Shown: positions 15,440 to 27,744 of the stretch, piece by piece | How positions within the stretch are numbered: position 1 is the first letter of the stretch | Layout: every line of letters begins with the position of its first letter | Translations under genes and position numbers: made by a program | Notes under the pieces: generated by a model | Told to the model about the DNA's origin: nothing | Database searches by the model: none | The model's input: the letters and a program-made list of their open reading frames with translations, nothing else | From: Macrostomum lignano | Lineage: Eukaryota | Length of the DNA stretch: 64,000 nt | Assembly: GCA_002269645.1 (NCBI GenBank) | Contig: NIVC01001184.1 | Location: 248,001 to 312,000, forward strand | Direction of reading: 5' to 3'

Positions 15440-15745
15440 TGATTTCTATTAGGATTTTTCAGACTTTCTATTAGAATTTCCATTAGGATTTCTGTTAGAA
15501 TTTCTATTTGGATGTCTGTTGGAATTTCTATTAGGATTTCTATACGATTTCTATTAGGATGTCTATTAGAATTTCCATTAGGCCTTCTATTAGGAATTCT
15601 ATTAGGACTTCTATTAGGACTTCTATTAAGACTTCTATTAGGACTTCTATTAGGACTTCTATTAGGACTTCTATTAGGACTTCTATTAGGATTTCTATTA
15701 GATTTTCCATTAGGATTTCCATTAGGATTTCCATTTGGATTTCTA
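15440..15745. repeat. 12-bp minisatellite (CTATTAGGACTT), intron 2
   Basis: Direct pattern. Confidence 0.9.
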
Positions 15746-15827
15746 GGATGCGGTTGAAATGCGAAGGGGATCGGGATGCAGAAGCTAGTGGATTATGACA
15801 AATTTAAACAGACCGCAAATTTCGCAC

Positions 15828-16313
15828 CTGAGACAGACTCAATAGGCGATTAGGCCAATCTCTTCTCTCTCGAATTCTGTCAATAACGCTCCCGTTTAAC
15901 TGCGTCCCCACGTTGCTATCCGCCTTAGCCGCTGCCCGCTGCCACCTCCTGCTTGGTCTGCGAGAGAAGAGCGCCACCCCCAGCAGAGCCACCGCGCACT
16001 GACCGCCACCCAACGCGTAGAAGCCGCCTGTCCATCCAATTCTCGCCAGTAGCTGAGCAAATCCTGTCAACAGAAAAAATGCAGCTAACGAATTTCCCTG
16101 AGAAAATGTGGTGGCCAACACTCGCAGGCGGCTGGTTTCCGGGAAATGATCGTCTATGGCCAGGGCTAGGACGGCCAGAGCGATAGAGCTCGCCGTACCG
16201 GATAGGACTGCGTCGGTTAGGACCAGGTGACCGGGATCGGAGAGTCCCGCTGACAGGACGCAGGACGTCAGAGAGAGAATGCCGACTACAGCTGAGCAGA
16301 GCCTGTAGCTTAT
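15828..16313 (-). CDS. SLC16-like transporter exon 2
   Basis: CTGACAG acceptor, CAG|GTGCGA donor, 162 codons; ISYRLCSAVVG...HFPETSRLRVLA...IGWTGGFYALGG matches the MCT N-half pattern (YF..R.LA; GWRG...LGG). Confidence 0.78.
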
Positions 16314-16349
16314 CTGTCAGGCGGGAGTTGAGGATGTACTTTTAGCTGA

Positions 16350-16960
16350 GTGAGTGAGTCTCTATCCAATCAGGTGAGTCTCTATCCAATCAGGTGAGTC
16401 TCTATCCAATCAGGTGAGTCTCTATCCAATCAGGTGAGTCTCTATCCAATCAGGTGAGTCTCTATCCAATCAGGTGAGTCTCTATCCAATCAGGTGAGTC
16501 TCTATCCAATCAGGTGAGTCTCTATCCAATCAGGTGAGTCTCTATCCAATCAGGTGAGTCTCTATCCAATCAGGTGAGTCTCTATCCAATCAGGTGAGTC
16601 TCTATCCAATCAGGTCAGTCTGTATCCAATTAGGTCAGTCTCTATCCAATCAGATGAGTATCCAATCAGGTGAGTCTCTATCCAATCAAGTGAGTCTCTG
16701 TCCAATCAGGTGGGTCTCTATCCAATTAGGTCAGTCTCTATCCAATCAGGTAAGTTTTATATCCAATCAGGTGAGTCTTATATCCAATCAGGTGAGTCTT
16801 ATATCCAATCAGGTGAGTCTTATATCCAATCAGGTGAGTCTCTATCCAATCAGGTGAGTCTCTATCCAATCAGGTAAGTATTATATCCAATCAGGTGAGT
16901 CTCTATCCAATCAGGTGAGTCTCTATCCAATCAGGTGAGTCTTATATTCAATTAGGTGAA
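16350..16960. repeat. 20-bp minisatellite (CCAATCAGGTGAGTCTCTAT), intron 1
   Basis: ~30 near-perfect copies. Confidence 0.96.
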
Positions 16961-17023
16961 TTATAAGCACCGCAGTTTTCAAAGTACATTAAGCCGCAAA
17001 CTATAATGCTGAATGTACGTCAC

Positions 17024-17329
17024 CTTAAACAGATCGATAACTCCAGACCACAGCGGTACGAACAGGAACACAACAGCGCTGTGACTGCAAACCAGCCAAT
17101 GCATCGCCTGCCTGTCGCCGTGCATGTAGTCGGCTGGCACCTGGCTTTGCAGATTCGCCACCAGAAGATTTCGGCATCGAATGCTGAATCCAATAAAAGC
17201 AGACCAGAGCAGGCCGGTGCAAATGAGGGAACAGGCGTGCAGCTGGCTCAGGGCATTCGCTGGCTCTGATGTTGAAGAAGAACTCGAAGCAGAAGACGAT
17301 TGTTGTTCCAATCTTCGATAGGCTGACAT
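17024..17329 (-). CDS. SLC16-like transporter exon 1
   Basis: ATG 17329, Ser-rich N-tail, two TM segments, donor AAG|GTGACG at 17023 phase 0. Confidence 0.75.
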
Positions 17330-17944
17330 GATTTTTTTGCCACAGAAAAATGTACGAATTGTTCGTTACCGTAGCTGCGATTGAGTTGCTATGCTTCTTT
17401 TATGAGCAATTTCTTATCTTCTGCATACAGTACCAGTATGTAGACGCCTTTGCCTTTAACTGGGTGCACAATTTCGATTTTGCACGCTATATTACAAAAG
17501 TAGGTCTGCTAACGTGACTTGTTGGTGAATGTGCCAATGGGTAATAAGATACTGATAAGAATTATGTGTATAAGCGTGGCACTGCATGCACAGTGCCTGT
17601 ACACGTTTATAGCTCATACTTGTACGATCGTACGTAAGGCGGCCATTAATATGCATGTATACTAATGAATTGAAGCTTATACTTCTTTCGGAGGCTTGAT
17701 GTAACTTCAGAGCTGTCGATCTACACACAGCCATGCAAAACGATGGTCATAAGAAAGTCCGGGAAGCGATGTAAACTAAACAGATTCCGCGGTATACGCG
17801 GCCACATTCGTTGGGGCTTGGAAGCACGAAGACACGGAGAGTGTACATTCCGCGGACGATTAGAGAGTGAGGATCGCTGTACACTTTGTGTGAGCGTGTG
17901 AATGAGTGCTTGCGTTTGTATCCGCTCAAGAACAGCGGAATGGA

Positions 17945-18480
17945 GGTCTACGGGCATTTACGTCTATATAGTCTACAGAAATTTACGTCTAGAGTCTACA
18001 GTCGTCTACTTCTTAGTCTACAGACGATTACTTCTATAGAGTCTACAGACATTTACGTCTAGAGTCTGCAGACATCTACTTCTTAGTCTACAGACGACTA
18101 CTTCTATAGAGTCTACAGAAATTTACGTCTAGAGTCTACAGACGTCTACTTCTTAGTCTACAGACGATTACTTCTATAGAGTCTACAGACATTTACGTCT
18201 AGAGTCTACAGACGTCTACTTCTTAGTCTACAGACGACTACTTCTATAGAGTCTACAGACGATTACTTCTATAGAGTCTACAGACGTCTACTTCTTAGTC
18301 TACAGACAATTACTTCTATAGAGTCTACAGACGATTACTTCTATAGAGTCTACAGACGTCTACTTCTTAGTCTACAGACGACTACTTCTATAAAGTCTAC
18401 AGACGACTACTTCTATAGAGTCTACAGACGATTACTTCTATAGAGTCTACAGACGTTTACTTCTATAGTCTATAGACGTA
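17945..18480. repeat. 24-25-bp minisatellite (GAGTCTACAGACGACTACTTCTATA)
   Basis: Direct pattern. Confidence 0.92.
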
Positions 18481-18911
18481 CAGACTTCATGAATTCAAGC
18501 TCAAATTTGACTAATGTCAATAATTAAACTTATTGATACTTCAAACATAAACGTTTGGCATCCAGGGTCCGAGTTCAGGATGCAAAATTTTAACGCTAAT
18601 GTACCACGTGACAAACGCTATGACAAAAAACCCAGCATATAATCCGTCCACCAAGTATTTTCATAGATGATAGAGTTTAACCCGTTGAAACACGAACAGA
18701 GAAGAAAAAGAATTCGGGCACTTAAACCAAATTAAGATTTTTTAATCCACGCTTGCAACAACGTCACCAATGAGCAACCTTCTTCCAACAGCAAGTGTAT
18801 TTATCGGTGTGGTTAATTATAACAACTCGACTAAGCTGCTGGTCTCCAAGAGCAATAACTGTTTTCAATCAATATTTTCAGTCGGCTAGGACTCTCTCAC
18901 TCTTCTTAGTC

Positions 18912-19184
18912 TTAGTTGGTGAAACCGCGCGAAGCCCGGCGACCGCGGGCCTTCTCAAATTTGCGACCCTTCGATCGGACCACCGGCTTGGTGTGCGAGT
19001 GCGGCACGCCCGGCGGCCGGCCGAAATGCCGCTGGGCGGCCCGCTTTCTCGTGCCCTGCACCAGCAGCGTGTTCTGGCCTTTGGGGGCCCGCCTGGCCAG
19101 CTCGTCGAAGGTGATGATCTCTCCGCCGGCTGCCAGAAGGCGGGCGCGAGCCTTCTCAGTAACCCGCAGGGCGCACAGGGTCAC
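18912..19184 (-). CDS. RPL18: 60S ribosomal protein L18 (eL18), exon 2
   Basis: VTLCALRV...[27 protein letters not shown]; CAG acceptor at 19185. Confidence 0.97.
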   Translation of the reverse strand: MTLCALRVTEKARARLLAAGGEIITFDELARRAPKGQNTLLVQGTRKRAAQRHFGRPPGVPHSHTKPVVRSKGRKFEKARGRRASRGFTN

Positions 19185-19279
19185 CTGCGGTAAGAGATTA
19201 ATAGGTGAAGAAAGATTTTAATTGACTATTCAAAGCTCAACTATAGTAATAAGAGCTACTAACGCCAATACTTAAGTCG

Positions 19280-20050
19280 AAGCTTTGGCGCCACAGTAGC
19301 CTAGCTAAGATTTTGGCGCCACAGTAGTCTAGCTAAGATTTTGGCACCACAGTAGTCTAGCTAAGATTTTGGCGCCACAGTAGCCTAGCAAAGATTTTGG
19401 CGCCACAGTAGCCTAAGTTTTGGCACCTCAGTAGCTTGTCTTTGGCGCCACAGAAACTCGAGCTTTGGCGCCACAGTAGCCTAGCTAAGATTTTGGCGCC
19501 ACAGTAGCCTAGCTAAGATTTTGGCGCCACAGTAGTCTAGCTAAGATTTTGGCGCCACAGTAGCCTAGCTAAGATTTTGGCGCCACAGTAGCCTAGCTAA
19601 GATTTTGGCGCCACAGTAGCCTAGCTAAGATTTTGGCGCCACAGTAGTCTAACTAAGATTTTGGCGCCACAGTAGCCTAGCTAAGATTTTGGCGCCACAG
19701 TAGCCTAAGTTTTGGCACCTCAGTAGCTTGTCTTTGGCGCCACAGAAACTCGAGCTTTGGCGCCACAGTAGCCTAATTTTGGCGCCATAGTATGCTGATT
19801 TTTCGTACCACAGTAGCTTTATTTTTTTGGCGCCCAAAACAATCTTACTTTTTTCCGCCATAGTACTCGTAGCTTAAGTTTTGGCGCCTAAGTAGTCTAA
19901 TTTTGGCGCCACAGTATCTTACGCTACATTAGCCCAAGTTTTGGAGCCTCAGTGCCTATTTTTGGCGCCACAGTCAGAAGCTTCATTTTTGGCGCCACCG
20001 TAGCCCAAGTTTAGGCGCTAGAGTAGCTTAAGTATTTGGCGCCACAGTAG
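19280..20050. repeat. 28-bp minisatellite (TTTTGGCGCCACAGTAGCCTAGCTAAGA) in the RPL18 intron
   Basis: Direct pattern, degenerating toward 20050. Confidence 0.92.
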
Positions 20051-20109
20051 GCTAAAGTAAACCTGAATAAAAAACAATAACCATCCAAATTAGTCAGACA
20101 ACAACAAAC

Positions 20110-20400
20110 CTTGGGCATAGTCTGCACCCGAGAGTCGTTAGTAACGGTTCCCACGGTGACAACAATGCGGCCCTCGCGATTCGGTTTGCGCAGCATTCGG
20201 CCCAGACGAGCCAGAGACAGCGGGCCCCGATTGGCCCGGCTCATGAACAGGCGGCGAAGGATGATCTTGTTGAATTTGGCGCCAGTGCGGCGGGCCAGGA
20301 ATCGGTAGAGTTTCACCAGCAGGCGCAGATAGACATCGTCGGATTTCGGATTGGTGCGACGCACCTTGCGATCGTTCTTGTGGCAGATGTCAACGCCCAT
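20110..20400 (-). CDS. RPL18: 60S ribosomal protein L18, exon 1
   Basis: [15 protein letters not shown]...[16 protein letters not shown]; donor AAG|GTTTGT at 20109, phase 0; 187 aa spliced. Confidence 0.97.
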
Positions 20401-20963
20401 TGCTGTGGGTTTTAATTAATCATCATTCAATCAATTCATTTTCTGGCCCTAAAAATTGCCATTCTGCTTTAAATGTATTAAAAACCAATAGAAATATTTT
20501 ACCAAGCAGAAGCTGAGGACTCAACCCAAGTCTCAGCAGTAATGTATAAATGAAATAACAATAAAAATATAAACCCTTGTTAAATTAATATAGAAGCTTT
20601 GATTGCCAGCCCTTTTTCCTTATTAATGTCTAACTAACTGTTAAAATACTTTAAAGACCATTGGAGCCCTTGATTTATTGGAATTAAGGAGATGAAATTA
20701 ATGAATGTGGCCAGATTCAAAGCTTTTGTGAGGGAAATTATACACAAGCTATAGAGATTTAACTTTATTAAAAGTTATGGGAAGACACAGATTGTTTATA
20801 GGTAATTTTAGATATAAAATAGCTTACAGATATAGATATTAAGAATTTTTTTAATGGTAGATCTTTAGTAATACTTCAAATAAAAGCCTTAGAGGCAAAT
20901 AATCTGCTTTAAATTATTAAATTGATTTAGCTACTCATTTAAAAAGTCAGCCTTTCCACCTCA

Positions 20964-22297
20964 TAGAGCCTGACCAGGATAGGAAAAATCTGATTGGGCA
21001 GGATCAGGCAGGATTGAATTCAAAAAGTCGGGACTCAGGATTGGTTGGGATTGGGATAAAGATCTACCATTGACATCCAGGCTTATTTAGGTATATGATG
21101 GCTAATGATGCATTTATTACTATAATATATAGGCTAGTAGGCACATTTATTAATTTGTATTAGTAGGCCCTAGTCAAGTGATATTACTACTACTATATTA
21201 GCCTAACTTGTAGTTTAGTAAAAGTTAGTACTACTGAAGCATAGAGCCTAGACAAACTTAGGTTTTGGTCAAGTCAAGTACTTGACCAAACTTTGACATA
21301 AACATATTCTAGAATCTAGGAAATCAAAATAACCTTGAAATAAAAAAAGAATTGTGGCAGGCAGGTTGCCACCTTGATCATTATTTTCTGTTAATAATTT
21401 TTAGAAAACTTAATTTTCTGCAAAATCATTATGTGCTCCAACCCCCAGAATTTTTGTTTTATTTCAACCCTTGCTTTTCACGTCATCATCTTGGCCATTG
21501 ACCTATCCCCATCCTAGTTTTATTTTCTCTATTTTCCCACCTGTGGCCTGTTTGTTTCCTTGCTCTTGGTTACTTAACTTTTTCAACATTATTTCTACGT
21601 GAATTATGCTCCTGTCCAACGTTCTGCCCTAATATTATAGCCTAATATTCAGCTAATAATAATAACAACTAACCACATTAATTTTCATTAATTAATTAAT
21701 TAAGCCCATAGCCTATCTTGAGTACTTTGCCCGTGAGACATAAAATATCCAAACAGTTCTCATCTCACAGAAAGCTTTGGGACTAATTTGTTCCATAATA
21801 CAAAAATTACAGTGGTGGCAGCTCTATCTTACTGATAGTAATTCAGCTAAACACATCTGATATACATTGACTTTGGTGTCAGAGACCCAATTTGAACAAT
21901 TGTGCCATTTAATATGCTGAATTGCAACCACAACTACCCTCCCCAGTAGCCGGAGTAAGAAAATTAGAGAAAATTTTGTGATTCATCTGCGCAAATTCCG
22001 GAATAATTTATATAAGCTCAACGCCAGCAGAATTTCAAAACATCAAACTGCCCCAACAACTAGCCAAATTCTTTTTTCCACCCACCTCAGAATCAATTTG
22101 GCATACTTGCCTCATTTAGTCCTTTCAAAATCTCTTCTAAATGATTTTTATAGTATACTTAAAATGTAAAAACTTTTTATTAAACCTGCCCAACTTTTCC
22201 CAACTCCAAAACTTACTCCCAACATGGTCAAGAATCTGAAAAAACACCCAGGTCCCAACCAAGTCAGAATTGGGATTGGGATCCCAGTCGGGCTCTA
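20964..22297. mobile_element. Non-autonomous hAT-type element, 1334 bp
   Basis: TIRs TAGAGCCTGAC / GTCGGGCTCTA; flanks CCACCTCA / CCACTTCA (8-bp TSD, 7/8); GGGATTGGGAT subterminal motifs. Confidence 0.72.
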
Positions 22298-24070
22298 CCA
22301 CTTCATACAGACATACACTAGCTTCTAACTAAGATAAGTTTGCCAAGATAGCAGATACTTCAAGTGATCCAAACAAAGCTTTACTTTTTTAATGGAAATT
22401 TTTCCCCAAAGTAGCCTTATATCTTTATATTAAATCAAAATCACTATGGTTGAAACTACCAAATATAACTATTAGACTATAATAGAAACTTTGATATATC
22501 AAAATAGCTACAGGCACAAGGCTAATGATCTTAAATAAAATAAAATAACCACAAAACCACAAAGTCACTAAAAGGTTTTAAATGATTTTTAAATAGTCTA
22601 ATTATGATTTTTGGCTTTAAATTGCAAATAAGATTGCTTATAATAAAACTATGGAATAGTCTTATATTGAAAAATAGTCTTATTATAAAGTAATTGAATA
22701 GGAGTTCAAATCTTGAGGCCTTAAAAAATAAATGGCAAGAATTAAATTATTTGTTTAAAAAGTTAATATGTGACCATTGTGATATACTAATTAAATCTAA
22801 TTAATAGGTATAAGCATAAAATCAATATATAGGGTCTAGGCATAAGATCATGTCATTTATGCTAGAAAAATTGGCTATATGTTTGAACCAATTACAAGGA
22901 CTATTTAAGTAAAAAGACAAGAAACATTGTATTTTTAGAAAATTTAAAATAGTAGTAAAAGATATATTTTTATTTTTTAGCATAAAAACTGTTATTTCTA
23001 TGAATTAGAAGTAAACCCAATGTCATATTTTAATATTTTGTGCTTTTTTTATAGTTTTATTATCTAGCATTAATAAAATTATATATGACTGTTTTTTATT
23101 AGGGGGCCTAAGGACCTACTCTTTTCATAGGCCTAGGGCCAACTCACTTGTACCTCACAAGACTTGCTACACAAAACTCAAGTTATTAAATTTAAAAAAA
23201 TATTTTTTTAATTAAAAATGCTTTTTAAAATAAATGTATACTATAATCTTCCACTTAAAGTAAAAGCTTATATTATAATAAATTTGTTTAAATATACCAT
23301 AACATACTTTATTGTGATATAATAATTGCTTATTGCTATAATGGTTGACTAACCAATATTAGCTTGTCACATCTAATTATTAATTGTTTTTGGTCTAACC
23401 TTGCTTATTATTATTTGTCTATACCAGTACACTTATCATCTCTTTAAAATAGGCCCTAGGCCTAATATAAATGTATATATACATAGAGCCTTGGAAGCCT
23501 TATGAGCAAATATTTTCTTGCTCTTATACACCTTACTACCTTAGGGCCTAGTTATTAAATCTAATATATTACGCATGGGGGCCATGGCTAGGTAGGGCCT
23601 AGGGTTTTCTTTTTGGCCAGAGACAAGGTGCAGAATCGGTTATGCTCACTTTCATCTTTCAGGGTGCAATTTTACAACTTAGACTCAAAGTGCAATTTCT
23701 TTTTTTTTCTTAAAGGCAATGCAAATGAGGCTTCAAAGGCAAAATAGGTTATGAGACCACATCTAAACTGCACCTACTTCAATTTCAGGGTGCAATTTTA
23801 AAATTTAGGGTGCATATGCACACTCTCTGCACAAAAAATAAACTTAGGTAGGGCCTACCCAAGAGCATCAACAGTAATTGTTGTACCATATAGACTTCTA
23901 AGCTTATTATTATAATGGAAAATGAGCTTTAGGATCACAGCTTTTGTCTTCAACTACAGGATATCTAGGGCCTATCAAGATAGGCCTAGGCATACGCCTA
24001 GGCCTACAAAAACTCTAGAAAGAATGATCCAGTGGCTGGGCTTAGGCTTAGCAATCATGGGATTATTGCG

Positions 24071-24518
24071 TAAAAGGCAGTGCTTATCCCCATAGTACCG
24101 TAGGAATAATTTCTGTCTTATTCTAATGGTACCGTGGGAATAATTTCTGCTTCAGCTTATCCACACGGCATATTGACAAGATAGCTGGCCCATCTTCTAT
24201 ATATGCTGTGGAAATAATTTAGTTTAGTACTTATGGTTTGAGTACAGTATAACAACAAAACTTTGCTTGACAATTTGTTTAATAGAAGTAAAGATTTAGG
24301 CCTAACCGCCTAATGGCCTTTTTATGCAAAAAATGCTGGTCATGGTGTTGATCCAGATCAATAGCTTCTTAGTATCCTCAATTCAAATTCCCTTTCAAAA
24401 AGCTATCTTGTCAGTGTGCCATGCAGATACACAGAAAATTATTCCCACGGTACCATTAACTGTTGGAATAAGACAGAAATTATTCCTATGGTACCATGGG
24501 GATAAGCACTGCCTTATA
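24071..24518. mobile_element. MITE with ~110-bp imperfect TIRs (AGGCAGTGCTTATCCCCA...)
   Basis: 24076-24185 is the reverse complement of 24402-24513; TSD not resolved. Confidence 0.7.
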
Positions 24519-24985
24519 AAATGGTTCTTAATTGTCACCAAATTTGACTTAACTATTGTCATATTTGCTTTTGCCAAATTTGTCCATGACAAATTGCTGC
24601 TGCTAGAATTTGTTTGTTGGTCAGCAAGCTAAAAATGCCTCGTTTGCCAAAGGGGCATCAATGATAGTGATGACGGACTGGACAGACACAGCTATGCTGC
24701 TATAGGAATTGGTTTCAGTGCCTGCAACAACAAGTACATGAATTCATTTTTTGTTTGAATTTTCTGTTTAAAAATAAAAAAAATATGTCGGGAAACCCAA
24801 ACATTTGTGACGTTCATGTCTATGTCTATTGATATGACTAAGGCAGGCAACAATCCATACAGCAGAGACTACTAGAGCAGCCTGGGCAAGCAGGGTAGTA
24901 GACCTAAATATACTAAAAATGGTTTGTTGGTAGGTCGGTGTGTCTGTTTGTCGGTATATCATCATCGCAGAGACGCTAAAGATCA

Positions 24986-26260
24986 ACGCGCGCAACGCAT
25001 TTGTTTCCCGATCGATATTCAGATTGATATTCGAAAACTAACAAAATCTCTGCTCTGCAAAAATATTTTAGAACGCCGTTTGACAGAAAAAAAAGTGCAA
25101 CTAAGAACATTGCAAAAATAAAGTTTCAGCTTGATCCGTTACTCTGGCTTGAAATGGCACCGATTTTCGATGTGCTCCCATTTAAAATACATGTGATTTT
25201 ATAAGGCAGATCGATATTCGAGTTCGCTCACTTTGGCTTGACCATTCAACATGAAATTTTACACACTAAAAAGTGCAAACCAGAAACCGATAAATATTCA
25301 GTTTCAGCTCGATCCGTCACTCTGGCTCGAAATGGCACCGATTTTCGATATGCTCCCATTTAAAATACATGTTAAAGGATAAATAAAAGGTGGCTGTGTC
25401 TGCATATTTATTGACTGGCGAAACTCAGATTTCCGGTTAATTGAGTGCGCTTTGGGATATGCTCGAGCAGGGAGAAGTGGATAGGCTGGGTGGGGGTTAC
25501 GGAGTGCAAACTGATCAGTGCCCGAACTGCCTGCCTGCGCATGTTACAGTTACTACATGATTACCGAACACCGTGTCCATTTGCAGGATTTAAGTCAAAT
25601 ATTTGTTCTAGTCTTACACGGGTCACATATTTATCTAATTGTGATTTGCGGTGCCAGCAGAAAAATTCTAATCCTGGACTCACTGAAAAACCAAGCCGCT
25701 GCAATTCGTCAACTGAAGCCCATAGTTCATCGATGGAAGTAGGTAAACCATTTGTGTCGTATAATTGCACCTACGAGCTACGCTCGTACAATGTGCTGAT
25801 TAACTTTTTGCCTGTAAATTTACTTGCTATTATAGACCATAAAGCCATGAACGTCCATCCATATACTAAAAATCCGGTACTTAAAATATTCCGCTAAACT
25901 ACATTTCATACTCCTGCAGACAACTCCTCGATTCGAATGTCGTCGCTCCATTGCTCCGTTTGCACTTTTTAGTGTGTAAAATTTCATGTTGAATGGTCAA
26001 GCCAAAGTGAGCGAACTCGAATATCGATCTGCCTTATAAAATCACATGTATTTTAAATGGGAGCACATCGAAAATCGGTGCCATTTCGAGCCAGAGTAAC
26101 GGATCGAGCTGAAACTTTATTTTTGCAATGTTCTTAGTTGCACTTTTTTTTCTGTCAAACGGCGTTCTAAAATAAATATTTTTGCAGAGCAGAGATTTTG
26201 TTGTTTTCGAATATCAATCTGAATATCGATCGGGAAACAAATTGCGTCGCGCGCGCGCGT
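24986..26260. mobile_element. Foldback/long-TIR element, ~295-bp near-identical inverted arms around a ~680-bp core
   Basis: 24986-25280 versus 25957-26260 reverse complement; partial third arm copy at ~25310-25372. Confidence 0.8.
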
Positions 26261-27366
26261 AACAAGTGGAAAGTAATCAAAAGTTAAAAAATAGACTTAC
26301 ATAAACAAATCTTTATAAGCAGTTGCACGCCTTAGGATTTGTAAGTATCTGAAAAAGGCATCGAATATATGAAGCATATTTGCCTAACATTATTTTTAAA
26401 ATACTAACAAATTAAGTACAAATATTTATATTGAGGCCCTCTTCTAATTCTTGATTTCTTATACAAAGCGTGGATGCTTGTGCTTGTTTGTTCGTTGTAA
26501 GAACAGAACTATCTCAGTATCTGCATGGTATCTGTATCAGGTCAAGTCTAAGCTGAACATCTGGTCTGACTGGTCCTTAATGGAAAATGCGGCTATTAAC
26601 ATAATAAAGCGTAGGCTGTATAATTATAAGCCTTGCCCAACAGTAACAAAAGCATCATAAGCACATTAGCACAATTTCGTTTTAGCTTGTAGTTGTAGTG
26701 TAGTAATATATATATAGGCTAGGCCCCCTATTGCTAGGGAAAAAAATCAAAATTTTCAGCGCATATATTAGGGACTTTTTTTAGTAAAAGTCCCATGTCT
26801 TGCCAATATGAATATAGATGACAAGTCTGATTAAAAAGTTTTTTAGTTTTAAAAAACTTTTTTATTCAATTTATACATAGGCCCTAGAATAAGATTAAGA
26901 AGCAGTATAAGCTAGGAAACAAAATACTTTTCATGGGAAAATAAAAAATAGGGTCTATATCTAACTTTTATTAGAATGTTAATAAAACTAGGCCAATGTC
27001 ATCTTTTTTATTTATTAAAGTAGGGACTCCAATGAGATTTTAAAAGTTAAAAAAATTCAATAGGTCTATCTCAATAAAATATGATAGACCTAGAGCTTGG
27101 TTATATAATTAAAAAGGTGTAAGACCAAGATGGCCATATACCAAGCTGGCCACAGCTGGGGTGGGGGTCATAGAAAATGACAACTAGTTTACTATTGGAT
27201 AGCTTTGGGTAGGGAGGTGTGGGGTTAAAATAGAGGGGGGGTTTAGACAGGCAGTAAAAAATTTTGAGTATGGTTTAAAGACAAAAATGGTTATGGGTCT
27301 TAATTTCCTAGGGGGGCCTATTTATAGGCCTAGTTGGCCCCTAAGTCTAAGACTAGAGGTCTAAAC

Positions 27367-27744
27367 TAGAGGTCGGATGGGATTGAAATCTTTGGGCAGG
27401 ATTGGGATTGGGAATAATTTTTTCTCGGGATCGGGATTGGGATTCAAGAATTGGGATCAGGTCTTTTAGTGTATTGTCCATGTAAAGTTAAGATTGTTAA
27501 GATCAAGAAGTAAAACACAACGAAATTGATATGAAGTTTTGTAACCAACAAAGTAAATAATGTAACAAGTACAATTTAAAGCAAAATACCTTCAAGTAAT
27601 CACTAATTCTATAAATTTTTCATCAAAAGACCTGTTCCCGAATCTTAAGTTTTTTAGGGTCGGGATTCTGGTCCGGTGGGAATTCAATTTTCTTTGGGAT
27701 CCCGAGATTTTGGGAATTGGGATCGGGATCCCGTCCAACCTCTA
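27367..27744. mobile_element. hAT-type MITE, 378 bp
   Basis: TIRs TAGAGGTCGGATGGGAT / ATCCCGTCCAACCTCTA; TSD GTCTAAAC / GTATAAAC (7/8, central TA). Confidence 0.78.

Noticed and set aside
25445-25897. 150-aa ORF inside the foldback element as a transposase
   Set aside because: No ATG start, no DDE or DNA-binding motif recognised
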